A stretch of DNA of 32,000 nucleotides, from assembly GCF_000354175.2 (NCBI RefSeq), contig NC_022349.1, positions 300,001 to 332,000 on the forward strand, written 5' to 3'. Positions 1-8,133 of this stretch are shown one piece after another. The DNA is from Vibrio alginolyticus NBRC 15630 = ATCC 17749 (GTDB lineage Bacteria > Pseudomonadota > Gammaproteobacteria > Enterobacterales > Vibrionaceae). Made by a program: the position numbers and the translations under genes. Numbering within the stretch: the stretch's first letter is position 1; the number at the start of each line of letters is the position of its first letter. The notes beneath the pieces were generated by a model that saw nothing but the letters and a program-made list of their open reading frames with translations, searched no databases and was not told the DNA's origin.

Positions 1-192
1 CGACGAAGATTAGAAGGATAGGGTTTTGCTCGAGAAGGTATACGACGTCTATGTTCACTGTGTGGCTCGGTAGAGTGTGTGCCAAAAAAGATTAAGAACT
101 GTGAATTGTAACTAAATATAGCAAAAAGATAAGTGAATTTTTTTAGGTTTTACCATTAGTTGACTTAACGTAATAACCAGCTGAAAAATAAT

Positions 193-219
193 AAAAAAGC
201 CGCATGAAGCGGCTTTTTT
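193..219 (-). terminator. Rho-independent terminator downstream of grxA (symmetric, could act bidirectionally)
   Basis: GCCGC (199-203) / GCGGC (209-213) stem with ATGAA loop. It is flanked by A6 (193-198) and T6 (214-219), and lies 15 nt past the grxA stop on the minus strand. Confidence 0.8.
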
Positions 220-233
220 GAAAACAGTCTTTA

Positions 234-500
234 TTACTCGTCAAATAGACCTAGGTGCTCTTTCGCGTATGCTTCGAACTCGTCGCAGCCACCGATGTGC
301 TCTTGGTCGATAAAGATCTGAGGAACGGTTTCAACTGGTTTACCAACTGTTTTCTCAAGATCTGCTTTAGAAATACCTTCAGCGTGAATATCAACGTAAC
401 GGTAGTTGAAGTCATCACGTTTTGCTTTTAGCGTTTCTGCGTGCTCTTTTGCACGAACACAGAAAGGACATGCAGGGCGACCAAAGATAACAACGAACAT
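234..500 (-). CDS. grxA: Glutaredoxin 1 (88 aa)
   Basis: MFVVIFGRPACPFCVRAKE... carries a CPFC redox motif and aligns along its length with E. coli GrxA as I remember it (VETVPQIFIDQ.HIGG). I chose the internal ATG at 500 because AGGAGA lies 8 nt upstream. The 16-codon 5' extension in the ORF track is probably not translated. Confidence 0.9.
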   Translation of the reverse strand: MFVVIFGRPACPFCVRAKEHAETLKAKRDDFNYRYVDIHAEGISKADLEKTVGKPVETVPQIFIDQEHIGGCDEFEAYAKEHLGLFDE

Positions 501-609
501 AATCTTATTTCTCCTAAATCTATTCTTTTTTGAAAGCGTACAAAACATAGCGGCTGAGTGCGCTTTCTTTTGTTGGAGTAACTATGCCCGATCCAGATAC
601 GGAAATAAA

Positions 610-646
610 GCGGCAATTACCTCTTGGTTCTATAGGTGAAATCTAT
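610..646 (-). promoter_or_regulatory. Candidate OxyR-type operator upstream of grxA (partial match)
   Basis: ATAG (632-635)-N7-CTAT (643-646) is preceded by CTCT (621-624) at N7 spacing. That fits 3 of the 4 elements of the ATAG-N7-CTAT-N7-ATAG-N7-CTAT pattern. The fourth element (610-613, GCGG) is poor. E. coli grxA is OxyR-regulated. Confidence 0.25.
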
Positions 647-877
647 CGAATAAAAACTAAACGCACGTGCTTATTTTACGACTCTGAAGTATGTGAAGTG
701 ACGCATAAAAAACATACATTCTAAAGGGTTAATGATGGCAAGGTGGAATTGGTCAATTTTTTTTGTTTAAAAAAATAGCAATCTATTTTGGCTATACGCA
801 AATAACTTCAACTCTTACATAAGTGTTAAATCAGAGGGCGAGAGGTTATTTGGGTATATTCTTTTGGGAGGGTGTGT

Positions 878-2122
878 ATGTTTCAGTTTATGACTGCAAC
901 AAGGATTATATTTGGTGAAGGTGCACTTCAATCTTCATTATCCGTTATTAACCAATTTGGCTACAGTGTTTTGCTGGTTACTGGGCAGGATACCCAACGA
1001 GCCGCCCCCATTATCCAATATCTTAAAGCTCAAAATATGCGTTACCAGCACGTAGCTATCGTTGGTGAACCATACATCACGATGGTAGAAGAGACCGCAG
1101 TGCTCGGTAGAAAATTCCAACCTGATATGGTGGTTGCGATAGGTGGTGGCAGCGTCATCGATATGGGCAAAGCCTTAGCTGCCATTATTCCCAATCAAGG
1201 CAATGTTTACGATTACGTAGAAGTGGTAGGAAGAAGCGTCCCTTTAAAAGCAAAGCCTCTTCATTTTATTGCAATTCCTACGACAGCAAGCACCGGTTCA
1301 GAAGTGACCAGAAATGCTGTGCTGAAATCTGGACAAGATAAAGTGAAAGTGAGTCTTCGAAGCCCTGATATGCTCGCAGACGTTGCCATTGTAGACCCGA
1401 CACTTACTTACGGGACCGACCAATACACATCTGGACGTGGCGCAATGGATGCGTTCACTCATTTAATGGAAGCGTATGTGTGTGGTGAGCCAAACCCTCT
1501 TACTGATATGGTCTGCGAAGAGGGGCTACGCCGTTTAAGCCGTTCAGTGATTGCCGCTTGTAAGCAAGATAATCATAAGGCGCGCTCTGATTTATCGTTC
1601 GCTGCATTGCTTGGTGGTATGGCGATTACTAATGCCAAATTAGGTGCCGCTCATGGGTTAGCATCGGCGTTAGGAGGCAAGTTAGACGCCCCCCATAGCG
1701 TTATTACGGCTCGCCTAGCTCCGCACGTGATGCAGGAGAACATTAACGCCGCTAAACTCGCGGGTAGGAATGATGTGATAAGTCGTTATCGCAAGCTGGC
1801 CCAATTAGTCACTGAGCGAGTAAATGCTAACGAACACGATGGAATTCTTTGGGTAAATATGGTGCTAGATAAGTTAGCGTTACCGCTACTGGCTCAATTT
1901 GGAGTATGCCAAACCTCTTTTGAGCAAGTGGCGAATGATGCGCTTAAATCAATGGCAATCAAAGGGAATCCTTTACCTCTTAATCAGGAACGTTTGATAC
2001 ACATATTGCAGCAAGTCTGTGATTGTAGCGGAGAGTGCGCAGCTGAGAGTGCACAACATGTCAGTTCTGTTGAAGTACTGGAATCAAGAACGGACTTATC
2101 GAGTGTCAACGACTTAGGGTGA
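878..2122 (+). CDS. Iron-containing (group III) alcohol dehydrogenase family protein with a C-terminal Cys-rich tail
   Basis: Contains GGGSVIDMGKA (the GGGSxxDxxK motif) and metal-ligand His motifs (DAFTHLMEAY, AAHGLASALGG). GGGAGG lies 7 nt upstream of the ATG at 878. The track starts 6 nt earlier at a GTG. Confidence 0.85.
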   Translation: MFQFMTATRIIFGEGALQSSLSVINQFGYSVLLVTGQDTQRAAPIIQYLKAQNMRYQHVAIVGEPYITMVEETAVLGRKFQPDMVVAIGGGSVIDMGKALAAIIPNQGNVYDYVEVVGRSVPLKAKPLHFIAIPTTASTGSEVTRNAVLKSGQDKVKVSLRSPDMLADVAIVDPTLTYGTDQYTSGRGAMDAFTHLMEAYVCGEPNPLTDMVCEEGLRRLSRSVIAACKQDNHKARSDLSFAALLGGMAITNAKLGAAHGLASALGGKLDAPHSVITARLAPHVMQENINAAKLAGRNDVISRYRKLAQLVTERVNANEHDGILWVNMVLDKLALPLLAQFGVCQTSFEQVANDALKSMAIKGNPLPLNQERLIHILQQVCDCSGECAAESAQHVSSVEVLESRTDLSSVNDLG

Positions 2123-2140
2123 TTGCTCCCTTAGCAGCAT

Positions 2141-2169
2141 TAAAACAAAAGGGGAGCCTTGAGCTCCCC
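2141..2169 (-). terminator. Rho-independent terminator after hexR (may also stop the convergent ADH gene)
   Basis: GGGGAGC (2151-2157) / GCTCCCC (2163-2169) stem. On the minus strand it is followed by TTTTGTTTTA. Confidence 0.75.
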
Positions 2170-2198
2170 TAGATAAAGTATTGACTAAGCTTTAGTGC

Positions 2199-3053
2199 TT
2201 AGTACTGGCTTAATTTGTCATAGCGACTGTCTTTCAACGCATCTTTTACGCGTTTTAGGTTCTCACGGAAACCTGTACCACGGCGAAGAGTGAAGCCAGT
2301 TGCTAGCACATCAATCACTGTCATTTGTACAACTCGGCTTGCCATTGGCATGTAAACGTCGGTATCTTCTGGAATATCGAGCGTGATGGCCAGCGAGCTT
2401 GCCTTTTCTAGAGGAGAATCCTTCGCTGTAATCGCAATAACCGTTGCGCCATTTTCACGAGCAAGGTTCGCTATTTCTACCTGACTCTTTGTTCGACCGG
2501 TATGAGAAATAAGAACCACAACATCATTATCACTGCAGTTGATACAACTCATGCGCTGCATAACAATATCTTCAAAACAAGTAATTGGAATATTAAAGCG
2601 AATAAACTTGTTTTGTGCGTCTCGGGCAACAGAAGATGATGCACCAAGGCCAAAGAATGAAATGCGCTTCGCTTGCGTTAGCAAATCGACCGCACGGTTC
2701 ACTTGCATTGGATCTAGGCTATTTTTCGCGACATCTAAACACGCCATCGTCGATTCGAAAATCTTATGGGTGTACGCGTCTGGGCCATCGTCTTCTTCCA
2801 CATTACGGTTAACGTAAGGGGTGCCGTTGGCTAGGCTCTGTGCCAAGTGAAGCTTAAAATCTGGAAAGCCCTTGGTGTCCAGACGACGACAGAAGCGGTT
2901 TACAGTGGGCTCACTAACGTCGGCCATTTTAGCCAGCGTTGCAATGCTTGAATGAATTGCAGTTTGTGGAGACGCCATAATTACTTCCGCAACTTTGCGC
3001 TCTGACTTACTGAAATTCTCCAGGTTTTTTTGAATTTTTTCTAATGTATTCAT
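2199..3053 (-). CDS. hexR: RpiR/HexR-family transcriptional regulator of central carbon metabolism
   Basis: MNTLEKIQKNLENFSKSERKVAEVIMASPQTAIHSSIATLAKMADVSEPTVNRFCRRL...LAQSLANGTPYVNRNV is near-identical in pattern to E. coli HexR as remembered (HTH plus SIS domain). I preferred the ATG at 3053 over the GTG at 3062. Confidence 0.9.
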   Translation of the reverse strand: MNTLEKIQKNLENFSKSERKVAEVIMASPQTAIHSSIATLAKMADVSEPTVNRFCRRLDTKGFPDFKLHLAQSLANGTPYVNRNVEEDDGPDAYTHKIFESTMACLDVAKNSLDPMQVNRAVDLLTQAKRISFFGLGASSSVARDAQNKFIRFNIPITCFEDIVMQRMSCINCSDNDVVVLISHTGRTKSQVEIANLARENGATVIAITAKDSPLEKASSLAITLDIPEDTDVYMPMASRVVQMTVIDVLATGFTLRRGTGFRENLKRVKDALKDSRYDKLSQY

Positions 3054-3311
3054 AGTGTTCACGAGGGTATAGAGAACAACTCGCTGGCTCTGCTAACGAA
3101 AGGAAACACGAAGATTCCGGAGTAGAGTGGGGCGTTAACGAAAACAACCAGCGCCATAGAATCAGTATAAACCTGATCTTCAATCAGTCTAAACCAATAA
3201 CGGGTACTATTTAGTGAGAATTTGACAGGCCTCAAACAAAATGTTGTAAAAACTACAGAATTGGATGTGTAAACGAAGTTTTGTTGCGCTAGTCGCACGA
3301 TAATGATGTTT

Positions 3312-3354
3312 GAGTTACATCAAAACGAAAAAAAATTTCAAATTGATGTAACTC
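3312..3354. repeat. Perfect 12-bp inverted repeat immediately 3' of the decarboxylase gene
   Basis: GAGTTACATCAA (3312-3323) and TTGATGTAACTC (3343-3354) are separated by a 19-nt A/T-rich spacer. Neither strand has a clear U-tract after the stem, so this is either an atypical terminator or a protein-binding site. Confidence 0.6.
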
Positions 3355-3364
3355 GATCTGGCTG

Positions 3365-5011
3365 TTAAGACGATTGAATATCGACAACCAGCTGTTGAAT
3401 TCTTTTCATCAAATTTGGTGCTTGCTTGGCGATTTCGCGTTGTTCATCAAGCACTGAGCTCAAAATTTCTTTTGTGGTCAGTGGATTTGCCAAAACCACT
3501 CTAAACACTATCGTATTCATGCGTTGCCATTGGTCTGGGTTCAGTCTTGTACGTGAAACGAACGATTTGCCCGTTTCGCGCTGACGCTTTTGAATAAACT
3601 GTGTTAACTCATTGATCAGCTCATTCAGTTGTTCTTTTTGTGAGCCTTCTGCTTGTGCTAATGCTTCACGGATGAATGGCGGCAAATAACGGTATGTGAG
3701 CAGACAAAGCTCTGGTTCAGAAACTAACTCGAAATCATCTTGCTGTTTGATTAAATCCGCAAAGTATCGAGCTTTTTCAATGCTTTGGTCAATCAGAAGC
3801 TCGTAACCTGGGCGACTTATGATGTGCATTGCGGCGTAGACCAACATCGCCATACCCGAACGTGAACCTTCTAATGTATGGCTGCCTAGGTCTTTTGAAC
3901 CTTTGCGCAATATATATTGAGCGTGATGCTCTATGGATTTCATTGCGTCAGGGTCTTTGAACAGAACCATACCAGCGCCCATCGGGATGTAGAGCTGCTT
4001 ATGCGCATCAATAGTTACTGAGTCTGCCATTTCCACACCTTTGAGAAGGTGACGGTGATGGTTAGACATAAGTGTTGCGCCACCCCATGCGGCATCCACA
4101 TGGAAGTGACAGCCGTGAGCTTGGCAGACTTCAGCGATTTCAGGCAATGGATCAACATTACCTGTCTCTGTTGTGCCAGCCACACCAATAACAGCAATAG
4201 GCTTGATATTTTGTTTTTCGAGCTCAACAATTTTCGCTTTCAGGTCGTTGACAATAATACGGTTGTTGGCATCGGTTTTAACCGCAACCAAGCCCTCTTG
4301 GCCTAGCCCTAATACATCGGCTGCTTTCTTAAGGGAGTAGTGACCACGCTCAGACACTAGCACCGCTAAGCCATCATATCCATAGTGCATCATGGCTTTA
4401 AAAAGGCCTTCCTTCTCAACGCCTTTAAATGAGCCATTGGCTCTTAACGCTTTGTTACGTGCTACCCAAAGCGCAGTGATATTGGCAATGGTGCCGCCGG
4501 AACAAAATGCGCCTAATGAGTGGTTTGCACTGTGCATCCACTGATTGTAAAACGTATCATTCTGACCATATATTAAGCGATGCAGCATACCCAAAACTTG
4601 ACGCTCAAGTGGCGTAAAGGCTTTGGAAGTCTCTATTTTTACCAGGTTTTGGTTTAAGGCGATCATGATCTTTGACAGTGGCATCAAGAAATAAGGCAGT
4701 GCCGATGTCATATGACCAATGAAGCTTGGTGAAGATGTGTGAACTGAGTGCGACACCAAAGTGTCGAGTAAGTGCTCTGTATGATCTGACACGAACTCTG
4801 GCTGCTCAGGAATCTGAGCAGAAGAAAAGTCTTTTTCGATTTCGCGTAAAGGCTTTTCTTCTGCCACGATGTGTTCACGAAGAAATTGATTTAGATTTCG
4901 CGAGAGGCTCTCGTCAATTTTAGTTAACGTTGAGTCCGGACCTTCTGGGACAGTGAAGATCTTTAGCAAGCTCTCAAAGCTAACATCAGCGGTTTTTTGT
5001 TCCTTAACCAT
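3365..5011 (-). CDS. panP: Group II PLP-dependent decarboxylase, most like the Vibrio PLP-dependent aspartate 1-decarboxylase (PanP); substrate not provable from sequence
   Basis: The protein is 548 aa. The PLP-lysine motif SVTIDAHKQLYIPMG and the overall GAD/DDC-family pattern are present. The size and N-terminal region match what I recall of proteins annotated as PanP in Vibrio. Confidence 0.7.
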   Translation of the reverse strand: MVKEQKTADVSFESLLKIFTVPEGPDSTLTKIDESLSRNLNQFLREHIVAEEKPLREIEKDFSSAQIPEQPEFVSDHTEHLLDTLVSHSVHTSSPSFIGHMTSALPYFLMPLSKIMIALNQNLVKIETSKAFTPLERQVLGMLHRLIYGQNDTFYNQWMHSANHSLGAFCSGGTIANITALWVARNKALRANGSFKGVEKEGLFKAMMHYGYDGLAVLVSERGHYSLKKAADVLGLGQEGLVAVKTDANNRIIVNDLKAKIVELEKQNIKPIAVIGVAGTTETGNVDPLPEIAEVCQAHGCHFHVDAAWGGATLMSNHHRHLLKGVEMADSVTIDAHKQLYIPMGAGMVLFKDPDAMKSIEHHAQYILRKGSKDLGSHTLEGSRSGMAMLVYAAMHIISRPGYELLIDQSIEKARYFADLIKQQDDFELVSEPELCLLTYRYLPPFIREALAQAEGSQKEQLNELINELTQFIQKRQRETGKSFVSRTRLNPDQWQRMNTIVFRVVLANPLTTKEILSSVLDEQREIAKQAPNLMKRIQQLVVDIQSS

Positions 5012-5055
5012 AGCAAAGAATCTTTGTAGTTATTTTGGTAATGCGAGCGGCACAA

Positions 5056-5087
5056 TCTAAACTAAAACGGGCGCAAAGTCCCGTTTT
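5056..5087 (-). terminator. Terminator-like hairpin between the secreted-protein gene and panP
   Basis: AAAACGGG (5064-5071) / CCCGTTTT (5080-5087) is a perfect 8-bp stem with an 8-nt loop. On the minus strand it is followed by TTTTAGTTTAG. It sits about 135 nt after the upstream stop and only about 45 nt before the panP ATG. Confidence 0.6.
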
Positions 5088-5222
5088 AATTGTTGAAACC
5101 CAAGTTGTAGAAATGAAAATTTTAGGTGAAGGTTACGATATTCACATTAAAAAATTCTAGATTGAGTACGTTAAAACATTCTAGTGTTTTCGAATGCTAA
5201 TCAACGACTAATGCGAGCAATC

Positions 5223-5735
5223 TTAGTCACATTTCTGCTTTTCAATCTTTTCTATTGACTGATTGTACTTATTAAGTGCGGTATCAATTTGTTGGGGATG
5301 ACTAAGCAGATCAGCGAATGCTGAACGAAGCTCGTAGTTTTTTGGGTGGTTAGTTGATTGACGGTCGCTAAATGTCTGTTTTGCAACTTCACCTAACTTA
5401 TCGCTTCGGGTCGCTAACTGCTTAACGTCATGTTGCTCTAGTTTTAACCATGCTTCGATTGGCTGTTCCGTCGCAACGCGGCTAGGGTCGTTCTCTAGAA
5501 AGTAGTGAACCGCTTCGCGGTTTAATTCAAAGTGATGTTTACGTCCATCCAAGAACCATTGACTAACTTCTTTCAGATCTGGATATTGGGTAACCGTCAA
5601 ATCAACAAGATCTTGATACCACTGTAGTGAGGCATCGACGTAGCCATCGTATTTGCTAGCAAGACATTGTTGATCTGCGGCAAGCGTAAAAGTTGAGCTT
5701 GTAGCGAGGAGCGCTGCAACGACAAAGCGTTTCAT
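5223..5735 (-). CDS. Secreted or periplasmic hypothetical protein (170 aa)
   Basis: Signal peptide MKRFVVAALLATSSTFTLA|ADQQC. A strong SD (GAAGGAAG) lies upstream. The mature part looks helix-rich, with only two Cys residues, at the extreme N- and C-termini. Confidence 0.7.
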   Translation of the reverse strand: MKRFVVAALLATSSTFTLAADQQCLASKYDGYVDASLQWYQDLVDLTVTQYPDLKEVSQWFLDGRKHHFELNREAVHYFLENDPSRVATEQPIEAWLKLEQHDVKQLATRSDKLGEVAKQTFSDRQSTNHPKNYELRSAFADLLSHPQQIDTALNKYNQSIEKIEKQKCD

Positions 5736-5943
5736 TCTTCTTCCTTCTGGTTGTTATCCCTTTATTAACGCAATGCACATCAGTTGATGTTTCTCCCTTC
5801 TTTCTATTTGGTCGTGACAAATCGTTGGGCTGAATGACGAAAAGAAAGAGGGGTCTTGCCAAAAAATATTGACCACTTTGACGTTAACTGGGTATTTAAA
5901 TTTTTGCCGTATTGTAATGGATGTTAAAGCGAAAACCTGAGAT

Positions 5944-6849
5944 CTAGCTAGCAAGTGATACAAAGAAAAGCATCATAACTGGTACCAATAAACTCAAAAT
6001 AAAGCCGCTAACGATAGCAACAGGAACACAACGCACACCACCGGTAGTTTGAATAACGGGTAGGGTGAAGTCCATTGCTGTTGCACCGGCATAACCAATT
6101 GCGGTGCACGGATAGCTACGAATAAAGAGAGGAATGGCAACCAGTGCGACTAACTCTCTCATCAATTCAATCAAGAACGACGCGCCACCAAATACCGGAC
6201 CAAAAGCGTCACCCATTAAAATACCTGCGAGTGAATACCAGCCAAAACCTGAAGCCATTGCGAGTGCTTGATAAAGAGGAAGATCCAAAAGCACCGCTGC
6301 AAGAACGCCACCAAGCATACATGTTGCGATGACAACAGCCGCAATGGCCATTCCTTGTTTATTTAATAGGATTTGACGCAGAGTAAGTCCACTATTGCGC
6401 AGCTGAATACCAATAAAAAATAGAAGTAGAAAGAGTATCCATTCGCTTGCTGTATCTACCCAACTCAAATCAATGGGTAACAGCAGGCCAACCACTAACC
6501 CTCCGCCAACGACCACAATAAGCTTAACAGACTCTAAAGCCATCGAAGATAACGGTAGCTTCTTTTGATTCTGATTGGTCTGGAGTGGAATAATTTTATC
6601 AATAATAGGCAGAGCCAACAGGTTGCAGGCACTTAGACACAAAAAAAACGTACTCGCATAGAGGAGAATACTTTGTAAGTTGCTGCTTAAATTATCGAGC
6701 GCCGCCAAACTAAGACCCATCAACGACAAAATGACGTAAATAAGGTAGGACGTTGACTGATTGATCTTCTCCAATAACGAAGATCGAGATATAGGAATTA
6801 GATACCCCACCACAAGCGGAGCGAAAATAAATAGCATCCCTGAAAACAT
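5944..6849 (-). CDS. lysO: Lysine exporter LysO (YbjE/DUF340 family)
   Basis: MFSGMLFIFAPLVVGYLIP...GFGWYSLAGIL...MDFTLPVIQTTGG tracks E. coli YbjE as remembered. I chose the ATG at 6849 by homology. The track starts at a TTG at 6858. Confidence 0.8.
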   Translation of the reverse strand: MFSGMLFIFAPLVVGYLIPISRSSLLEKINQSTSYLIYVILSLMGLSLAALDNLSSNLQSILLYASTFFLCLSACNLLALPIIDKIIPLQTNQNQKKLPLSSMALESVKLIVVVGGGLVVGLLLPIDLSWVDTASEWILFLLLFFIGIQLRNSGLTLRQILLNKQGMAIAAVVIATCMLGGVLAAVLLDLPLYQALAMASGFGWYSLAGILMGDAFGPVFGGASFLIELMRELVALVAIPLFIRSYPCTAIGYAGATAMDFTLPVIQTTGGVRCVPVAIVSGFILSLLVPVMMLFFVSLAS

Positions 6850-6995
6850 AAAGCTCAATGATTCCTTTTTGAGATAACATCAACACGCATAAATCAAATT
6901 ATCTATCGGTTGAAATTAGAGATATTTCACCACACACAGCTCAGCCTTGAGCGAATCGTTTTATCACGTATAAGGTATTATCAGAAAGCGATAAA

Positions 6996-7916
6996 TTACA
7001 AACCGCTAGCATTGAGTACAGCACGGATTTGATCATTGAAGTCAGTATCACTCATGTTACTAAGTTCATACAAGACTTCTGCACCAGTTAAGTTGAATTC
7101 AACTTCGTGTTCGTCAATGCGTTCATCGTGATTGCGAAACATCAATAAATGATGCGCAATTCTAGCGATGTCGAGATAACTCACTTCTGGTCGCGTTAAT
7201 TCGTATTTTTCGTTTGAGGATACTTCTCTGAAGTCGTTGTCAAATCCCCAACGCTCAAGCACTAGTTTACTTGTGGCAGAACAACGTGTTTGGAAGATTT
7301 GCAATGCAATATCTGGGTCTAAGTAATTGCCCCTATCTAAGTACAAGTGGTACTCATTAATTAGGCAAAATAACCCAATATCGGCTAATAGACCGACCAA
7401 TAACGCCTTTTCTTGCTCTAGATGACCATAAGTGCCTGGCTCGTGGCTACGAAACGATTGAACCAACATCACCATGACGGCACCGAGCTCACGCGATATC
7501 GCTGCACTCTTCACCAAGATGGCATTGCATTCTTTAGTGAGATTAACTGAGTGTTTAAGTTGCTCGATCGCTTGTGCGGTAACAATATCACGTACACGAA
7601 GTATTCCGAGACGAGATACCGCTGTAGTTAAGTCGTTGCAGGTGATATTTCTGCGATTAAAAATCACAGAGTTAGCGACTCGTAAAACGACCGCTGCTAA
7701 TCCGGGATCTTCCAATAAACAGTTAGCAACATCGGCAATCGTGGTGTGTTCTTCGACACATAACTGCTGAATTTTAAGCACGACATCAGGAATAGGAGGT
7801 AACGAAATCTTACCCGTGGCGATGGACTGTTCTACCAGCTGAGCAAACTCGGATTCCAGTGCGTTTATAAGCTTATCTTTATTATTTGGCAGCCAAAAAA
7901 ATGATAAATGTTCCAT
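6996..7916 (-). CDS. HDOD domain-containing signalling protein
   Basis: LPPIPDVVLKIQQLCVEEHTTIADVANCLLEDPGLAAVVLRVANSVIFN...AVSRLGILRVRDIV is the typical HDOD core pattern. Confidence 0.8.
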   Translation of the reverse strand: MEHLSFFWLPNNKDKLINALESEFAQLVEQSIATGKISLPPIPDVVLKIQQLCVEEHTTIADVANCLLEDPGLAAVVLRVANSVIFNRRNITCNDLTTAVSRLGILRVRDIVTAQAIEQLKHSVNLTKECNAILVKSAAISRELGAVMVMLVQSFRSHEPGTYGHLEQEKALLVGLLADIGLFCLINEYHLYLDRGNYLDPDIALQIFQTRCSATSKLVLERWGFDNDFREVSSNEKYELTRPEVSYLDIARIAHHLLMFRNHDERIDEHEVEFNLTGAEVLYELSNMSDTDFNDQIRAVLNASGL

Positions 7917-8117
7917 TGTGACGCTGTACTTGAGATCTTTCGTACAGTGTACCCTTACAGCGTATTCTTTATCAATTAAATGCGTATTATGTGCCCGTAA
8001 TTGCCAGCGAGATCATAATGATGGCGTGTTTTAGGCATGCTATGCGTCAAAAAAATATCACCACACAAACAATAAGTGTGAAACTAATCACGTATGCAGA
8101 ATTTATACTTTTTTATA

Positions 8118-8133
8118 TGTGACCTATGTCCTA
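8118..8133 (+). promoter_or_regulatory. Candidate CRP half-conserved site in the tfoX upstream region
   Basis: TGTGA-cctatg-TCCTA compared with the consensus TGTGA-N6-TCACA: the left half is perfect and the right half matches 3 of 5. tfoX/sxy genes are cAMP-CRP dependent in Vibrio by established knowledge. Confidence 0.25.

Noticed and set aside
1-192. Possible 3' end of an upstream gene at the window start (short open frames ending at about 21 or about 93).
   Set aside because: There is too little sequence to recognise any product, and no motif support.
406-639. Track ORFs nested in or antisense to well-supported genes: 406..639, 428..616, 938..1120, 2539..2817, 2615..2812, 4015..4230, 4049..4306, 4726..4923, 6144..6332, 7474..7770, 10422..10640, 11397..11828, 12911..13102, 13908..14141, 14084..14308, 14300..14512, 15846..16236 group, 16272..16619, 16610..16843, 17399..18085 group, 18505..19679 group, 20307..20567, 20912..21172, 21632..21952, 22767..23337 group, 23608..23841, 24570..24770, 25783..26218, 26714..27106 group, 27302..27490, 28311..28529, 28782..29321 group, 30457..30693, 31155..31484, 31712..31982.
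   Set aside because: Each overlaps a longer ORF whose product has unmistakable family motifs. Their own translations are low-complexity or Cys/Arg/Ser-rich shadow-frame sequences with no SD or motif support.
732-770. 12-codon mini-ORF MMARWNWSIFFV with two Trp codons, followed by a T8-G-T3-A7 tract, as a Trp-type leader-peptide attenuator.
   Set aside because: The downstream gene is an alcohol dehydrogenase unrelated to Trp metabolism. There are no alternative terminator and antiterminator stems, and the A/T tract is not a stable hairpin.
3245-3257. TGTA-AAAAC-TACA palindrome upstream of hexR as a possible HexR autoregulatory operator.
   Set aside because: As I remember it, the HexR consensus is a longer palindrome (TGTAAT...ATTACA, about 15-17 bp) with wider half-site spacing. 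This element has only N5 between TGTA and TACA. It needs a PWM scan before being called.
3059-3298. 79-aa minus-strand ORF filling the hexR upstream region.
   Set aside because: It has no SD and an odd composition. It occupies the space where the hexR promoter and leader must lie, and it abuts only the less likely GTG start of hexR. I treat it as non-coding.
5064-5087. CGCAAAG inside the hairpin loop, reminiscent of the GEMM-I (c-di-GMP riboswitch) ACGCAAAGC box.
   Set aside because: Only this heptamer matches. There is no second GNRA or receptor hairpin. The motif is on the plus strand, where no downstream plus-strand gene exists.
5039-5218. The two TAATGCGAGC copies as target-site duplications of a ~160-bp MITE.
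   Set aside because: The sequences just inside the repeats (GGCACAATCT... and ...CAACGAC) show no terminal inverted repeat.
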